From Firmicutes bacterium UBA7523 (lineage in GTDB: Bacteria > Bacillota > Dethiobacteria > Dethiobacterales > Dethiobacteraceae): DNA of 64,000 bases. The notes beneath the pieces were generated by a model, which was given only the letters and a program-made list of their open reading frames with translations, was not told the DNA's origin and did not search any database. Both the position numbers and the translations under genes were made by a program. Below are positions 27,750 through 36,725 of the stretch, piece by piece. The stretch spans positions 2,984-66,983 of the forward strand of contig DLMZ01000047.1 of the NCBI GenBank assembly GCA_002479415.1, given 5' to 3'. Every line of letters begins with the position of its first letter. Position 1 is the first letter of the stretch.

Positions 27750-28409
27750 ATGAAATTTGCTGCTGAAATCGAAAAAGTGGAATCGCTAAAAAAACACTTC
27801 AAGGTCGTCATTTATGCGGACAAGGAAGCAAACAGGCGGTTCCTTTCGCAAATAGACGGTTTTATAGACAAACCAGTAAAGGTTGAAGTTCTCGTAGATG
27901 AAGATAGGCAAAAAGAAATTTTGGATATGATTAGCGAGGAGCAGCGGCGCAAAACATACGCTATACTGCGAGACATCAGCAACCACATAGGCGATGTAAT
28001 AGAGAGTACAAAGCTTGAAATGAAGCATCAATTCGCGGCAGCAGGTGGCCCGGAAAGTTTTTCTCTCAGCGACTGCTCACGTGAGGTGGCCCGTGAATTC
28101 ATAACTTTCTTGATAAAGTTTTGTTTCGAGTACGGAGTTCCGATGTCTGAGCATCCGAAGTCAGCATTTGACGACCCGGAAACATACGCCCGGATATGCC
28201 TAGAAACAAACACATGTTGCATCTGCGGCAAGCGCGGAGAGGTTCATCACTGCACCGGCTCGCGCATCGGAATGGGACGTAACCGCAACAAGGTTGACGA
28301 TACAGGCAAGCTCAAAATATGCCTTTGTCGTGAGCATCATAGCGAAATGCACAACGGAGCGGAAGAAGATTTCTTTATGAAATATCATGTAGTGCCGGCG
28401 GTAGTTTAA
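27750..28409 (+). CDS. Phage protein with C-terminal Cys/His nuclease-like zinc motif (DUF968/HNH-like)
   Basis: ATG at 27750. C-terminal CCICGKRGEVHHC......N.....CREHHSEMH. Confidence 0.5.
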   Translation: MKFAAEIEKVESLKKHFKVVIYADKEANRRFLSQIDGFIDKPVKVEVLVDEDRQKEILDMISEEQRRKTYAILRDISNHIGDVIESTKLEMKHQFAAAGGPESFSLSDCSREVAREFITFLIKFCFEYGVPMSEHPKSAFDDPETYARICLETNTCCICGKRGEVHHCTGSRIGMGRNRNKVDDTGKLKICLCREHHSEMHNGAEEDFFMKYHVVPAVV

Positions 28410-28432
28410 ATGTGGGGGTGGAGATAGTGACA

Positions 28433-28744
28433 ATGAATTGGGGAGCGAAGTCGCACAGCAATATAAAAAAATGGCCTCGTTGGGTCTGGGCAATACTTCT
28501 CCTAGTTTATTTATACGCATTGCTATCTATGATTATGCGTCCCTCAAGTGCATTTCAGGAACCAGAGTACATTGTGCACATTGTTCAGCCGGGAGATACG
28601 CTTTGGTCGGTTGCTAAAGAGCGACAGGAAGAGGCTGGTTTCAGTGGCGATATTCGATCTCTTGTGTGGGAGATTCAAGAGGCATCAGAAACAACGGCAT
28701 TGATACTACCGGGAGATATTTTGCTGATACCGGTTGTGAAATAG
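28433..28744 (+). CDS. Membrane-anchored LysM-domain protein
   Basis: ATG follows GGGGGTGGAG. TM helix, then the LysM pattern Y.V..GDTLWS.A............L.PGD.L.IP. Confidence 0.7.
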   Translation: MNWGAKSHSNIKKWPRWVWAILLLVYLYALLSMIMRPSSAFQEPEYIVHIVQPGDTLWSVAKERQEEAGFSGDIRSLVWEIQEASETTALILPGDILLIPVVK

Positions 28745-28764
28745 GCTCGAAAGGGGATGTACGC

Positions 28765-29109
28765 ATGCAAGCGGTTAACGTGATTCGTGAAGAGATGGAA
28801 CAAAACAAAACCAATAGTTATGTTCAGGCGGTGGGGGACTTCCTGCTGAAACACCTGGCGGCAAATCCGGGGGATGCGGAGAAGATTTCGGCTGAAAAAA
28901 CGCTTATCAGTAGCATGGATGCTCTGCGGAAGGAAGCAGAGAAGAAAAAGACAGGGAATTTTTACGCTATGCCACCGGATGAAGGCTTTAAGATTATCCT
29001 AGAGTATTTCGGCATCACCGATGCCCAGGTAAACGTGCAGATACCTGCGGCTCCGGAGAAGAAGGCATTGGACTTTGATGTGAAACTGGATGATCTGCTG
29101 AGGGGGTAG
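28765..29109 (+). CDS. PcfK-like protein (tentative)
   Basis: ATG follows AAAGGGGA. Size and layout resemble PcfK-like proteins that accompany PcfJ. Assignment is from memory only. Confidence 0.4.
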   Translation: MQAVNVIREEMEQNKTNSYVQAVGDFLLKHLAANPGDAEKISAEKTLISSMDALRKEAEKKKTGNFYAMPPDEGFKIILEYFGITDAQVNVQIPAAPEKKALDFDVKLDDLLRG

Positions 29110-29114
29110 GCGCT

Positions 29115-30791
29115 ATGATTATAGCCGAAATGATAATTCCGAAAATGTTCACCGCTTATGCAGAGGATTTGGGGTATCAGAAACACAACGGCTTGCACCA
29201 TTATCAGTATTACTGCAACAATTGTGACCAGCTTTTTTCTGCGGCTTGGGGCAGAGCAGTAAATATGGGCTACGCTGAGCGTGGAAGTCTTTTTGCTTGC
29301 CCGTGCTGCGGCAGACCGCACGAAAAGCATGTTGCATTTGTTAAGCGGAACATAGCTGCTCCGGACAAAGTGCGCCTTGTTGTTAAGGAGTATAAAAGCG
29401 CAGTTACGCTTGAGTTTTCCTGCAAGGCAGTTGTCTTTTATGATTACTTAGGCCTACAGGGCGCAACCCACAGGGAAGTGTTTCGATTTGATATCGCCAA
29501 GCAAGAAGCGACTCTTTCGGTAACTCACGCCGGCATTAAGCACGAACCCGTTGAGATCGGGAGCCCCTTTAACCTTGCCTTATTCCAGTCCAGCATGCTT
29601 TCCATTTTCTCCTCTCGCAGCATACCTAACACTGAGCAGAAATCGAAGCTCACAAAGGTTCTCAAAATCCTACGCGACACTGTGCACCAGAAGCTAGAAA
29701 AGCACCTTGGGCACAAAATCAAGTCCATGTTCGTCAGTCCGGGCACCCATTGGGGGATGTTTCTTTTCCCACTTTTCAATATGGCATACAGGGTGGCTTG
29801 CACGGATGCACCAAATCTGCCGGAGTGTTACCGGGATGAGCACAAAGCCGTATTTGCCTTCTGGAACACAAAATATTTCGATGAGCTTGAGGGTGGCCAG
29901 CTAATGGAAGATGTAATCCTGAACACCCGCGGGGGCATGGACTTTATTTCGGCATTAGTCGAATTATCCGGGCTACCGGACAAGCCTAGGGTGCGCAGGA
30001 TCCTTGCAGAAAACCCGTTTGAAGCTAACATACTAAAACTTGCATTTTCTACTTGCTGCAATTACGACCATGCAACTCAGTTGTATCGGGGGATTACGGC
30101 AAACCGAAAATTCCGGGCGGACTCATGGAATGGCGGTGAACTCAACAGTGTTAGTTATGATGGACTGGCTGAATTTTTGTGGGAGATGAAAGAAATATAC
30201 GGAGAGGCCGGCATTGTACGCCTGGTGAATGAAGCGAAAGAACTGCATACCAGGGACTGCATCCGACTATATGAGCAGTTGAACGACGAGAACAAGGAAG
30301 CTGTGGTCGGGGAAGGTATCCGGCTTCGGGATCTGCACGACTGGATGTCGCTGCGACACAAAAAGCAGGGGCACAAAAACCTTAAATTCGATGTGCCGGA
30401 ACACATTGTTAGACGGCTATCCATGCAGCATGACAGGCTGCGGTTCTTCCTGCCTGCGGAGTCGATGGAGCTTGTAGAGGCTGGTCATCAGCTCCATAAC
30501 TGTGTTGCATCCTATAGCGACAGTATGAAGCAGCATGATTCGTGGATTGTGCTCGTGGCGGATGATAAGGGTAAATTAGTGGCCTGCCTTGAACTAGTCG
30601 GATCCGGTAATCCCCCCAATGTTACGAGGGTGTTGGTGCAGGCAAAGATTGACCGGAACCAGTGTATTTCTAAAGACAAAAAATTAAACGCTGCTGTTCT
30701 GGCCTGGGCAAAAGATGCCGGCATTGAAATTAAAACCAAGGACGTTAATGTGCCTAATAAAAAGAATAATGAATTGGAGGTTGCAGTATGA
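29115..30791 (+). CDS. PcfJ-like protein
   Basis: The C-terminal block L.EAGHQLHNCVASY......H.S.IV........ACLE........Q....N fits the PcfJ domain signature. N-terminal zinc ribbon (CNNC..CPCC). Confidence 0.6.
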   Translation: MIIAEMIIPKMFTAYAEDLGYQKHNGLHHYQYYCNNCDQLFSAAWGRAVNMGYAERGSLFACPCCGRPHEKHVAFVKRNIAAPDKVRLVVKEYKSAVTLEFSCKAVVFYDYLGLQGATHREVFRFDIAKQEATLSVTHAGIKHEPVEIGSPFNLALFQSSMLSIFSSRSIPNTEQKSKLTKVLKILRDTVHQKLEKHLGHKIKSMFVSPGTHWGMFLFPLFNMAYRVACTDAPNLPECYRDEHKAVFAFWNTKYFDELEGGQLMEDVILNTRGGMDFISALVELSGLPDKPRVRRILAENPFEANILKLAFSTCCNYDHATQLYRGITANRKFRADSWNGGELNSVSYDGLAEFLWEMKEIYGEAGIVRLVNEAKELHTRDCIRLYEQLNDENKEAVVGEGIRLRDLHDWMSLRHKKQGHKNLKFDVPEHIVRRLSMQHDRLRFFLPAESMELVEAGHQLHNCVASYSDSMKQHDSWIVLVADDKGKLVACLELVGSGNPPNVTRVLVQAKIDRNQCISKDKKLNAAVLAWAKDAGIEIKTKDVNVPNKKNNELEVAV

Positions 30792-31747
30792 CCGAGACAG
30801 CTTTAGCCATCGAAAGAACGCCTGATGTCATAGCAACTGAGATTATAAGTATCCGAGAGCAAGGGAAGAAGATTGTTTTAATGGCCAGCATTGAAATTGG
30901 GAAGCGCCTAGTGGAAGCAAAGGAACTGGTAGCGCACGGAGAATGGGGCAAATTTCTTGAAGAAAAGGTGGATTACTCTCCCCGGACAGCAAATAACCTT
31001 ATGCAGCTTTACAACGAGTACGGCAACAGCCAGATGTCACTTTTCGGTGGTTCTGCAGATTCGCAAGCGATTGCGAATTTGAGCTATACACAGGCTATTG
31101 CTTTGCTTGGAATCCCGACACATGAGCGTGAAGAGTTTATGCAGGAACATGATGTTGAAAGTATGAGTACTAGGGAGCTGCAGGCGGCGATTAAGGCCCG
31201 GGACGATGCAGAGCGTAAGCTGAAAGAAGTCGAAGAAAATTCAGATGAAATAATGGATGAGCTGATTACAGTTCGAGAGGAAAGCAAAAAAGCAAAAGAG
31301 GAAGAGGATAAGCTCAAAAAGGAGCTCAAAGAGGTTCAGCGGCAGCTGACAGAAGCTATAAATGCCGGAAACAGTGAGAAGGTTGGTAATCTGCAGTCTG
31401 AACTGGCAAAGACAGATATAGCACTAAAAGATGCTCAAAGTAAAATAACTGCACTGGAAAAGCAGTTAAAGGAAAAGCATATTGATATTCCTGCAATAGT
31501 TGAGAAGGTTCCTGAAGATGTGGAGAGGGAGCTGAACGAGCTGCGGACCAAGATGAAGCAATTTGAGGAAAAGGCCGGCAAGCCGGAAGCGCTGCTGAAA
31601 TTCAAGGTTCGTTTTGACACACAGGTATCCGGTTTTCAGGAATTGCTATCTATTCTGGAAGAAATTAAGTCAGCAGAGCCTGACGCTTACGAGAAATACC
31701 GCAGCGCCGTTTCCGGTCTGCTGAAAAAGATGCTGGAAAGCCTGTGA
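30788..31747 (+). CDS. DUF3102-domain protein with long coiled coil
   Basis: N-terminal ..EI...........IEIG..L.EAK.L..HGEW..WLE..V.YS.RTA...M pattern of DUF3102. Confidence 0.65.
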   Translation: MTETALAIERTPDVIATEIISIREQGKKIVLMASIEIGKRLVEAKELVAHGEWGKFLEEKVDYSPRTANNLMQLYNEYGNSQMSLFGGSADSQAIANLSYTQAIALLGIPTHEREEFMQEHDVESMSTRELQAAIKARDDAERKLKEVEENSDEIMDELITVREESKKAKEEEDKLKKELKEVQRQLTEAINAGNSEKVGNLQSELAKTDIALKDAQSKITALEKQLKEKHIDIPAIVEKVPEDVERELNELRTKMKQFEEKAGKPEALLKFKVRFDTQVSGFQELLSILEEIKSAEPDAYEKYRSAVSGLLKKMLESL

Positions 31748-31784
31748 TTTAACTAACCGAAGAAAACTAAGGTGGTGAGTTTGT

Positions 31785-32207
31785 TTGAAAGCTATCAGTA
31801 TACTTCAACCGTGGGCATCACTGATTTCCGTGGGTGCTAAAGAGATAGAAACCCGGAGCTGGGCAACCAATTGTTTGGCAATACACGCAAGCAAGCGATA
31901 CCCAAAGGATCTACAAGAACTAGCAAAACAGGAACAGTTCTATTCCGCGCTACGTCCAGATGGCAACTATCAGTACCCGGAATTACACTTAGGCTGTATT
32001 ATCGCAGTCTGTCAGCTGGTGGACTGTCAGCGGATTAATTCAGACGAACTCCCGCCTGAACCGGAAGCATCCTTTGGAGACTACACGCCTGGGCGCTACG
32101 CCTGGTTACTGACGGATGTGAAGAGAATAACACCAGTGGCAGTAAAAGGGCAACTCGGTTTGTGGAATTGGGAGCCGCCGGAAATGCATACACAAGGTAT
32201 TGGTTAG
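31785..32207 (+). CDS. ASCH-domain protein
   Basis: MKAISI.QPWA.LI..G.K..ETR.W pattern. TTG start follows GGTGGTGAG. Confidence 0.7.
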   Translation: MKAISILQPWASLISVGAKEIETRSWATNCLAIHASKRYPKDLQELAKQEQFYSALRPDGNYQYPELHLGCIIAVCQLVDCQRINSDELPPEPEASFGDYTPGRYAWLLTDVKRITPVAVKGQLGLWNWEPPEMHTQGIG

Positions 32208-32208
32208 C

Positions 32209-32487
32209 ATGTTTACTCCTGTATACGATATAGAGACTGTCTTGGAAACGCTGCTACCCCTCCGCATCGGTCATGTAAGTGAGGAGTATCAATTGCATGA
32301 TGCTGTAGCAAAGCGTTTAGCTGGAGCGGGACTGTTCTTTTATAAAGAGCACCGCCTGGGTCCCCGAAATCGTATAGATTTCTTGGTTGGCGGAATTGGC
32401 GTTGAGTGCAAGAAGGGTCGACCGAACTGGCAGCAGGTTACAAACCAGCTGCACCGAACTTTAAGACAGCAAAAGAAAGTGCATTAG
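32209..32487 (+). CDS. Small PD-(D/E)xK-like protein (tentative)
   Basis: RIDFLV..IGVECKKG resembles a D...E.K nuclease core. Confidence 0.35.
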   Translation: MFTPVYDIETVLETLLPLRIGHVSEEYQLHDAVAKRLAGAGLFFYKEHRLGPRNRIDFLVGGIGVECKKGRPNWQQVTNQLHRTLRQQKKVH

Positions 32488-32522
32488 AAACACAAATATG
32501 TGACTTCCTTTACAAGCCATTC

Positions 32523-32744
32523 ATGGAGATTCGTGGTCATATGTGCCGGGGTGAAGACAGAAAGCCAATCACAACAGAGTACAGCGGAGAATTAGACGTT
32601 CAGCAAATAGTCGATGTAGGCTGTGCGTGGTGGTCTTGTGACGGGCTTAACGGTGAATGCGAGAGTAAAAGTTTTGATATGCTGCAAAAAGGGTGGATAT
32701 GGAAATGCCGCGAGTGTGGCAAGGAGGGAAGCACAATTGTATAG
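32523..32744 (+). CDS. Small Cys-rich protein
   Basis: Internal ATG of track ORF 32406..32744. Contains CAWWSC and CRECG motifs. Confidence 0.35.
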   Translation: MEIRGHMCRGEDRKPITTEYSGELDVQQIVDVGCAWWSCDGLNGECESKSFDMLQKGWIWKCRECGKEGSTIV

Positions 32745-32863
32745 AAAGATGCGAGACCAGATTGAGCAGTTAGTTCTCGAAGAATTTGACCGGGCGAACA
32801 AAAACTTCCGGGGTTTAGTAATAACCATGAGGCGTATTGGGGGAATACGCGGGAGGAGACGCA

Positions 32864-33190
32864 ATGATACCTGAGTATAGAAGGTTTAGATGTTGCTTGT
32901 GTCCAAACAGGAATGACCCACAGAAAGTTAAGTGCCCCCCGAAACCGTTTAACCCAGAAGTCACGCCTTGCCGTTTTATCAAGGCCTACATAGATAAGCG
33001 GGGCTGGAAATACAAAGTAATGTCCGGCATGGGCGAAAGCAATTACAAGGCCAGGTATCAAAAGCCTGAGAAACGTGGGGATGCTGGGTGGAAGTGTGTG
33101 CGAAATCTTCCCTGGCGGAAGTCGTTTGATGAGGCGCAGAGTGATTTGAATGCGTTAGCGAAGAAGAAGGGGTGGGGTGAGACAGGGTGA
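32864..33190 (+). CDS. Hypothetical basic protein
   Basis: ATG follows GGGAGGAG. Overlaps the start of the PAPS-reductase-like gene by 4 nt. Confidence 0.45.
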   Translation: MIPEYRRFRCCLCPNRNDPQKVKCPPKPFNPEVTPCRFIKAYIDKRGWKYKVMSGMGESNYKARYQKPEKRGDAGWKCVRNLPWRKSFDEAQSDLNALAKKKGWGETG

Positions 33191-34431
33191 GCAAAAAGCA
33201 AAGCATATACGCATATGTCGAAATGCAAGAGATGCAATCCTGGCCGCTTGAAAAGAAAGTCGAGGAGGCGCAGGAAATAATCCGCGAAACGTTCAGGCGC
33301 GGTAAGAAGGTAGCTCTTGCATTTTCCGGCGGCAAAGACTCAACTGCCCTCTGGCACCTTATTCGCGAAACCTGCCCTGAAGAAGCAAAAAATATGATAG
33401 TCATTTTCGGCAATACAGGCGTGGAGTACAAAGAATCCCTTCTGTTTGCTCGTCAAATGGGCAAGGAATGGGGCGGCGAGAATTTTTACGAAACGAAGCT
33501 TGACCGAATAAAGGTGCCGCGCCTGAAATACGAAGCGCAAAAAGAAGTATGGGCAAAGATTGAGGCGGATGATGACGTTGCCAGGTACCTAAATATAAAA
33601 GGGCGCCTACTGAAAACTGACAAGCTCAATGAAGCCGTTACACCCGAAATGTGGGCAGATTTTCGCCGCCGGAAGCTCGTGTGGGAGGCGGGAACGCAGG
33701 TTAGTTTTTGGTTTATTGCTGAACAGTACGGTTTCCCGATACTTGGCAAGGATGCTACGAAGTTGGACGCGCCGCGAATAAACATCAATGTGTTTCTAAA
33801 ATACAGCGATGAACAGAGCAAGGGTAACGAAAAATACTACGACATGATCAGAAAGTTCCCAGACATGCGTATATCACACTCCTGCTGTAATTTTATCAAG
33901 GAGCAGCCAAGTCAGAAGCTGCAAAGAGAGTTGGGATGCGACACCCTTTTCCGTGGTTTAATGGCAAGCGAGAGTCGCCGCCGCACGTTTACTTTTTTAG
34001 ACCACGGATTTTTGTACACGGTCAAGACAGGCTACCTTTACTCAAACCCGATGTCAACATGGACGGATGCCGACGTTTGGGAGTACATCAAAACGCGAAA
34101 CTGCCCGTATTCGGAATTATACGATTTGGCCGATGATGACGGGAACAAACTGTTTCAGCGCAACGGCTGCTATACATGTGGCACAGGATTGGCCTACGAG
34201 GGAAACAACATAGAAATCTTGCGGAAGCATTATCCGAGCAAGTGGCGGGCGTTGATGGAATACGGGATGGCTAGGGAAATGAAGGCCTTCGCATGTGCCA
34301 TCAGTGACGACATCAAACTAAACACCTTAGAACACGACTGGCTGTTGGATATGCGGCCATGTGCTTTTGACAGGCTGACACCAAGAGTAAATTTGTTGGA
34401 GGCCTTATCGTATGGCGCGGTGCTATTTTAG
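33187..34431 (+). CDS. Phosphoadenosine-phosphosulfate reductase family protein (phage type)
   Basis: PP-loop ALAFSGGKDSTALWHL and later Cys-rich regions. Confidence 0.8.
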   Translation: MSKKQSIYAYVEMQEMQSWPLEKKVEEAQEIIRETFRRGKKVALAFSGGKDSTALWHLIRETCPEEAKNMIVIFGNTGVEYKESLLFARQMGKEWGGENFYETKLDRIKVPRLKYEAQKEVWAKIEADDDVARYLNIKGRLLKTDKLNEAVTPEMWADFRRRKLVWEAGTQVSFWFIAEQYGFPILGKDATKLDAPRININVFLKYSDEQSKGNEKYYDMIRKFPDMRISHSCCNFIKEQPSQKLQRELGCDTLFRGLMASESRRRTFTFLDHGFLYTVKTGYLYSNPMSTWTDADVWEYIKTRNCPYSELYDLADDDGNKLFQRNGCYTCGTGLAYEGNNIEILRKHYPSKWRALMEYGMAREMKAFACAISDDIKLNTLEHDWLLDMRPCAFDRLTPRVNLLEALSYGAVLF

Positions 34432-34451
34432 GCACAGAAGGGGTGTATTAA

Positions 34452-34607
34452 ATGAACCACTACCAACTCCACCACCTAATCGAAGCCTACCGCGCCCGGA
34501 TGCACCAACTTGCGGCTGTGTACGGCATGGGGGATGCGCGAGTGTTGCGACTAAGCCAGAGGCTGGATAGGTTGATTGTGGCGGAGATGAGGGGGAAAGG
34601 GGTGTAA
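34452..34607 (+). CDS. Spo0E-like aspartyl-phosphate phosphatase (51 aa; absent from the supplied track)
   Basis: ATG follows GAAGGGGTG. The translation MNHYQLHHLIEAYRARMHQLAAVYGMGDARVLRLSQRLDRLIVAEMRGKGV fits the Spo0E family layout (IE..R..M......G.....VL..SQ.LD.LI). Confidence 0.6.
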   Translation: MNHYQLHHLIEAYRARMHQLAAVYGMGDARVLRLSQRLDRLIVAEMRGKGV

Positions 34608-34609
34608 TT

Positions 34610-35047
34610 TTGCGAGAAATCATAGTGCCGAGAGAAAATGGACGGTTTGTATCAGGGTTTTCTTATTCTCCGGAAACGCAAATAAAACCAGGTGAACATA
34701 AAAGTCAGCAAACCGAAATAAAACCAGGGCAAAGATTAAGCCCATCTACAGAATTTAAACCCGGGCAAGTAGCACGCAACAAATTACCGATTGGTTCTGT
34801 GAGGATAAGAGAGGAAACGCATACGGGATTATTGAGGGCATGGGTAAAAGTTGCCGAGCCTAATGTGTGGCAAAAAAGAGCAATCCTTGTTTGGGAGTCT
34901 ATGCGCGGGCCATTACCAAAAGGCTGGGTTGTTCACCACAAAGACAGAGACAGCCTCAACGATCATCCCGATAACCTTGTAGGAATGACGCGGCGCGACC
35001 ATGCCGCAGAACACAGAAGGGAGCTGCAGGCATGGTATATGAACTAA
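34610..35047 (+). CDS. Free-standing HNH endonuclease
   Basis: VHHKDRDSLNDHPDNLVGMTRRDHAAEH (HNH_3-type motif). Confidence 0.8.
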   Translation: MREIIVPRENGRFVSGFSYSPETQIKPGEHKSQQTEIKPGQRLSPSTEFKPGQVARNKLPIGSVRIREETHTGLLRAWVKVAEPNVWQKRAILVWESMRGPLPKGWVVHHKDRDSLNDHPDNLVGMTRRDHAAEHRRELQAWYMN

Positions 35048-36549
35048 TTGTGGATTCCTTTGCCGGCGGTGGTGGTGCCTCAATAGGTATTGCCCTGGCC
35101 ATAGGCCGTTCCGTAGATATAGCCATTAACCATGACCCGATAGCCATAGCCATGCACAAGGTTAACCATCCGGACACCTACCACTACTTAGAGAATGTCT
35201 GGGAAGTAGACCCCCGAGAAGCGGCGGCAGGTAGGCCAGTGGGGTTGTGTTGGCTGAGTCCGGATTGCAAACACTTTTCGAAAGCAAAGGGTGGCAAGCC
35301 AGTAGAAAAGAATATTCGTGGCCTTGCATGGGTGGCAGTGCGCTGGGCGGCAACAGTGAGGCCGCGAGTCATCATCCTAGAGAACGTAGAAGAGTTTAAG
35401 ACCTGGGGGCCGCTGCTTGAAGGCGGCAAGCCTGACCCGAAGCAAAAAGGACGGACGTTTCGTTCATTTGTCAATGCGCTGAAGAGGTACGGCTATAAAG
35501 TAGAATGGCGTGAATTGAGGGCATGTGATTATGGAGCGCCGACGATACGCAAGCGGCTGTTCCTTGTTGCTCGATGTGATGGACAGCGCATTGTCTGGCC
35601 GGAACCGACTCATGGTGACCCGGAGAGTGATGTAGTTAAATCCGGGAAGCTGAGCCCATGGCGCACTGCAGCAGAGATAATTGATTGGAGCCTGCCATGT
35701 CCCAGCATCTTTGAGAGGAAGCGGCCACTGGCTGAGAACACTATGAAGCGAATTGCCCGGGGAATTAAGAAATTTGTGGTTGATAATCCAAGGCCGTTTA
35801 TAATGCAGGCTTACGGTGGAGGTTACACGGGATCTGGATCAGACATTAATAAACCGCTGCCAACAATTACAACAAAGGATCACAACTGGCTAGTAACCCC
35901 AATTATATCCCGTCAATTCGGCAATTCAATCGGGCACGGAATTGATGACCCCCTGGGAACTGTGACAGCTGGCGGTGGCGGTAAATCACAATTAGTCACA
36001 GCTTTTCTTGCTCAATACCACGGCTACGATGACGCACCAAGAGGTCAAACGATGGACAGGCCGTTACTTACACAGGACACATCGAACCGCTACGCCCTTG
36101 TCACTAGCCACATCATAAAAATGCGCGGCACCAACATTGGCCACAGGGTAGACGAACCACTACATACCATTACTGCCGGCGGCTTACATTTGGGTGAGGT
36201 AAGGGCCTTCCTACTTAAGTATTACGGCACGGCTACCGGTCAGGAGTTAAACAGCCCGATGCACACCGTAACGACAAAGGACAGAATGGGCCTTGTTGCC
36301 GTCCACGGCCAGGACTATCAGATTGTTGATATCGGCATGAGGATGCTGGAACCACACGAGCTTTTTGCGGCACAGGGTTTTCCGGATGATTACATCATTG
36401 ACCGGGACGAGGACGGGAACAAGTTTGCGAAAAAGGAACAGGTGGCAAAATGCGGCAACTCTGTTTGTCCACCGCTTGCCGAGGCGCTTGTAAGGGCGAA
36501 TATGTCGGAGCTGGCCACGGAGAGAAAGGATAATGAGGCTGCCATATGA
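35032..36549 (+). CDS. DNA (cytosine-5)-methyltransferase
   Basis: Motif I DSFAGGGGAS, motif IV SPDCKHFS, motif VI ILENVEEF, C-terminal QGFP.DY and GNSV. Confidence 0.9.
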   Translation: MVYELIVDSFAGGGGASIGIALAIGRSVDIAINHDPIAIAMHKVNHPDTYHYLENVWEVDPREAAAGRPVGLCWLSPDCKHFSKAKGGKPVEKNIRGLAWVAVRWAATVRPRVIILENVEEFKTWGPLLEGGKPDPKQKGRTFRSFVNALKRYGYKVEWRELRACDYGAPTIRKRLFLVARCDGQRIVWPEPTHGDPESDVVKSGKLSPWRTAAEIIDWSLPCPSIFERKRPLAENTMKRIARGIKKFVVDNPRPFIMQAYGGGYTGSGSDINKPLPTITTKDHNWLVTPIISRQFGNSIGHGIDDPLGTVTAGGGGKSQLVTAFLAQYHGYDDAPRGQTMDRPLLTQDTSNRYALVTSHIIKMRGTNIGHRVDEPLHTITAGGLHLGEVRAFLLKYYGTATGQELNSPMHTVTTKDRMGLVAVHGQDYQIVDIGMRMLEPHELFAAQGFPDDYIIDRDEDGNKFAKKEQVAKCGNSVCPPLAEALVRANMSELATERKDNEAAI

Positions 36550-36725
36550 AGCGAAGTAAACTAAGGTGCGATGCAAGCAATTTTGACATAGATACGGGGT
36601 AGGTGATTGCTGTTGCCACAAAAACAAGATTTGGATTCTATATTATCTCAGCCCCAGGTTGCCGCCAAGGAGCATATGAAGCGAATTATTGAGCAGCTAA
36701 AAAAAGACGGCCGGAGGTCTAACTG

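Noticed and set aside
32592-33821. Chain of minus-strand ORFs (90-153 aa) opposite the small-gene region and the PAPS-reductase-like gene
   Set aside because: The + strand genes have RBSs and a PP-loop motif. The minus-strand translations are featureless.
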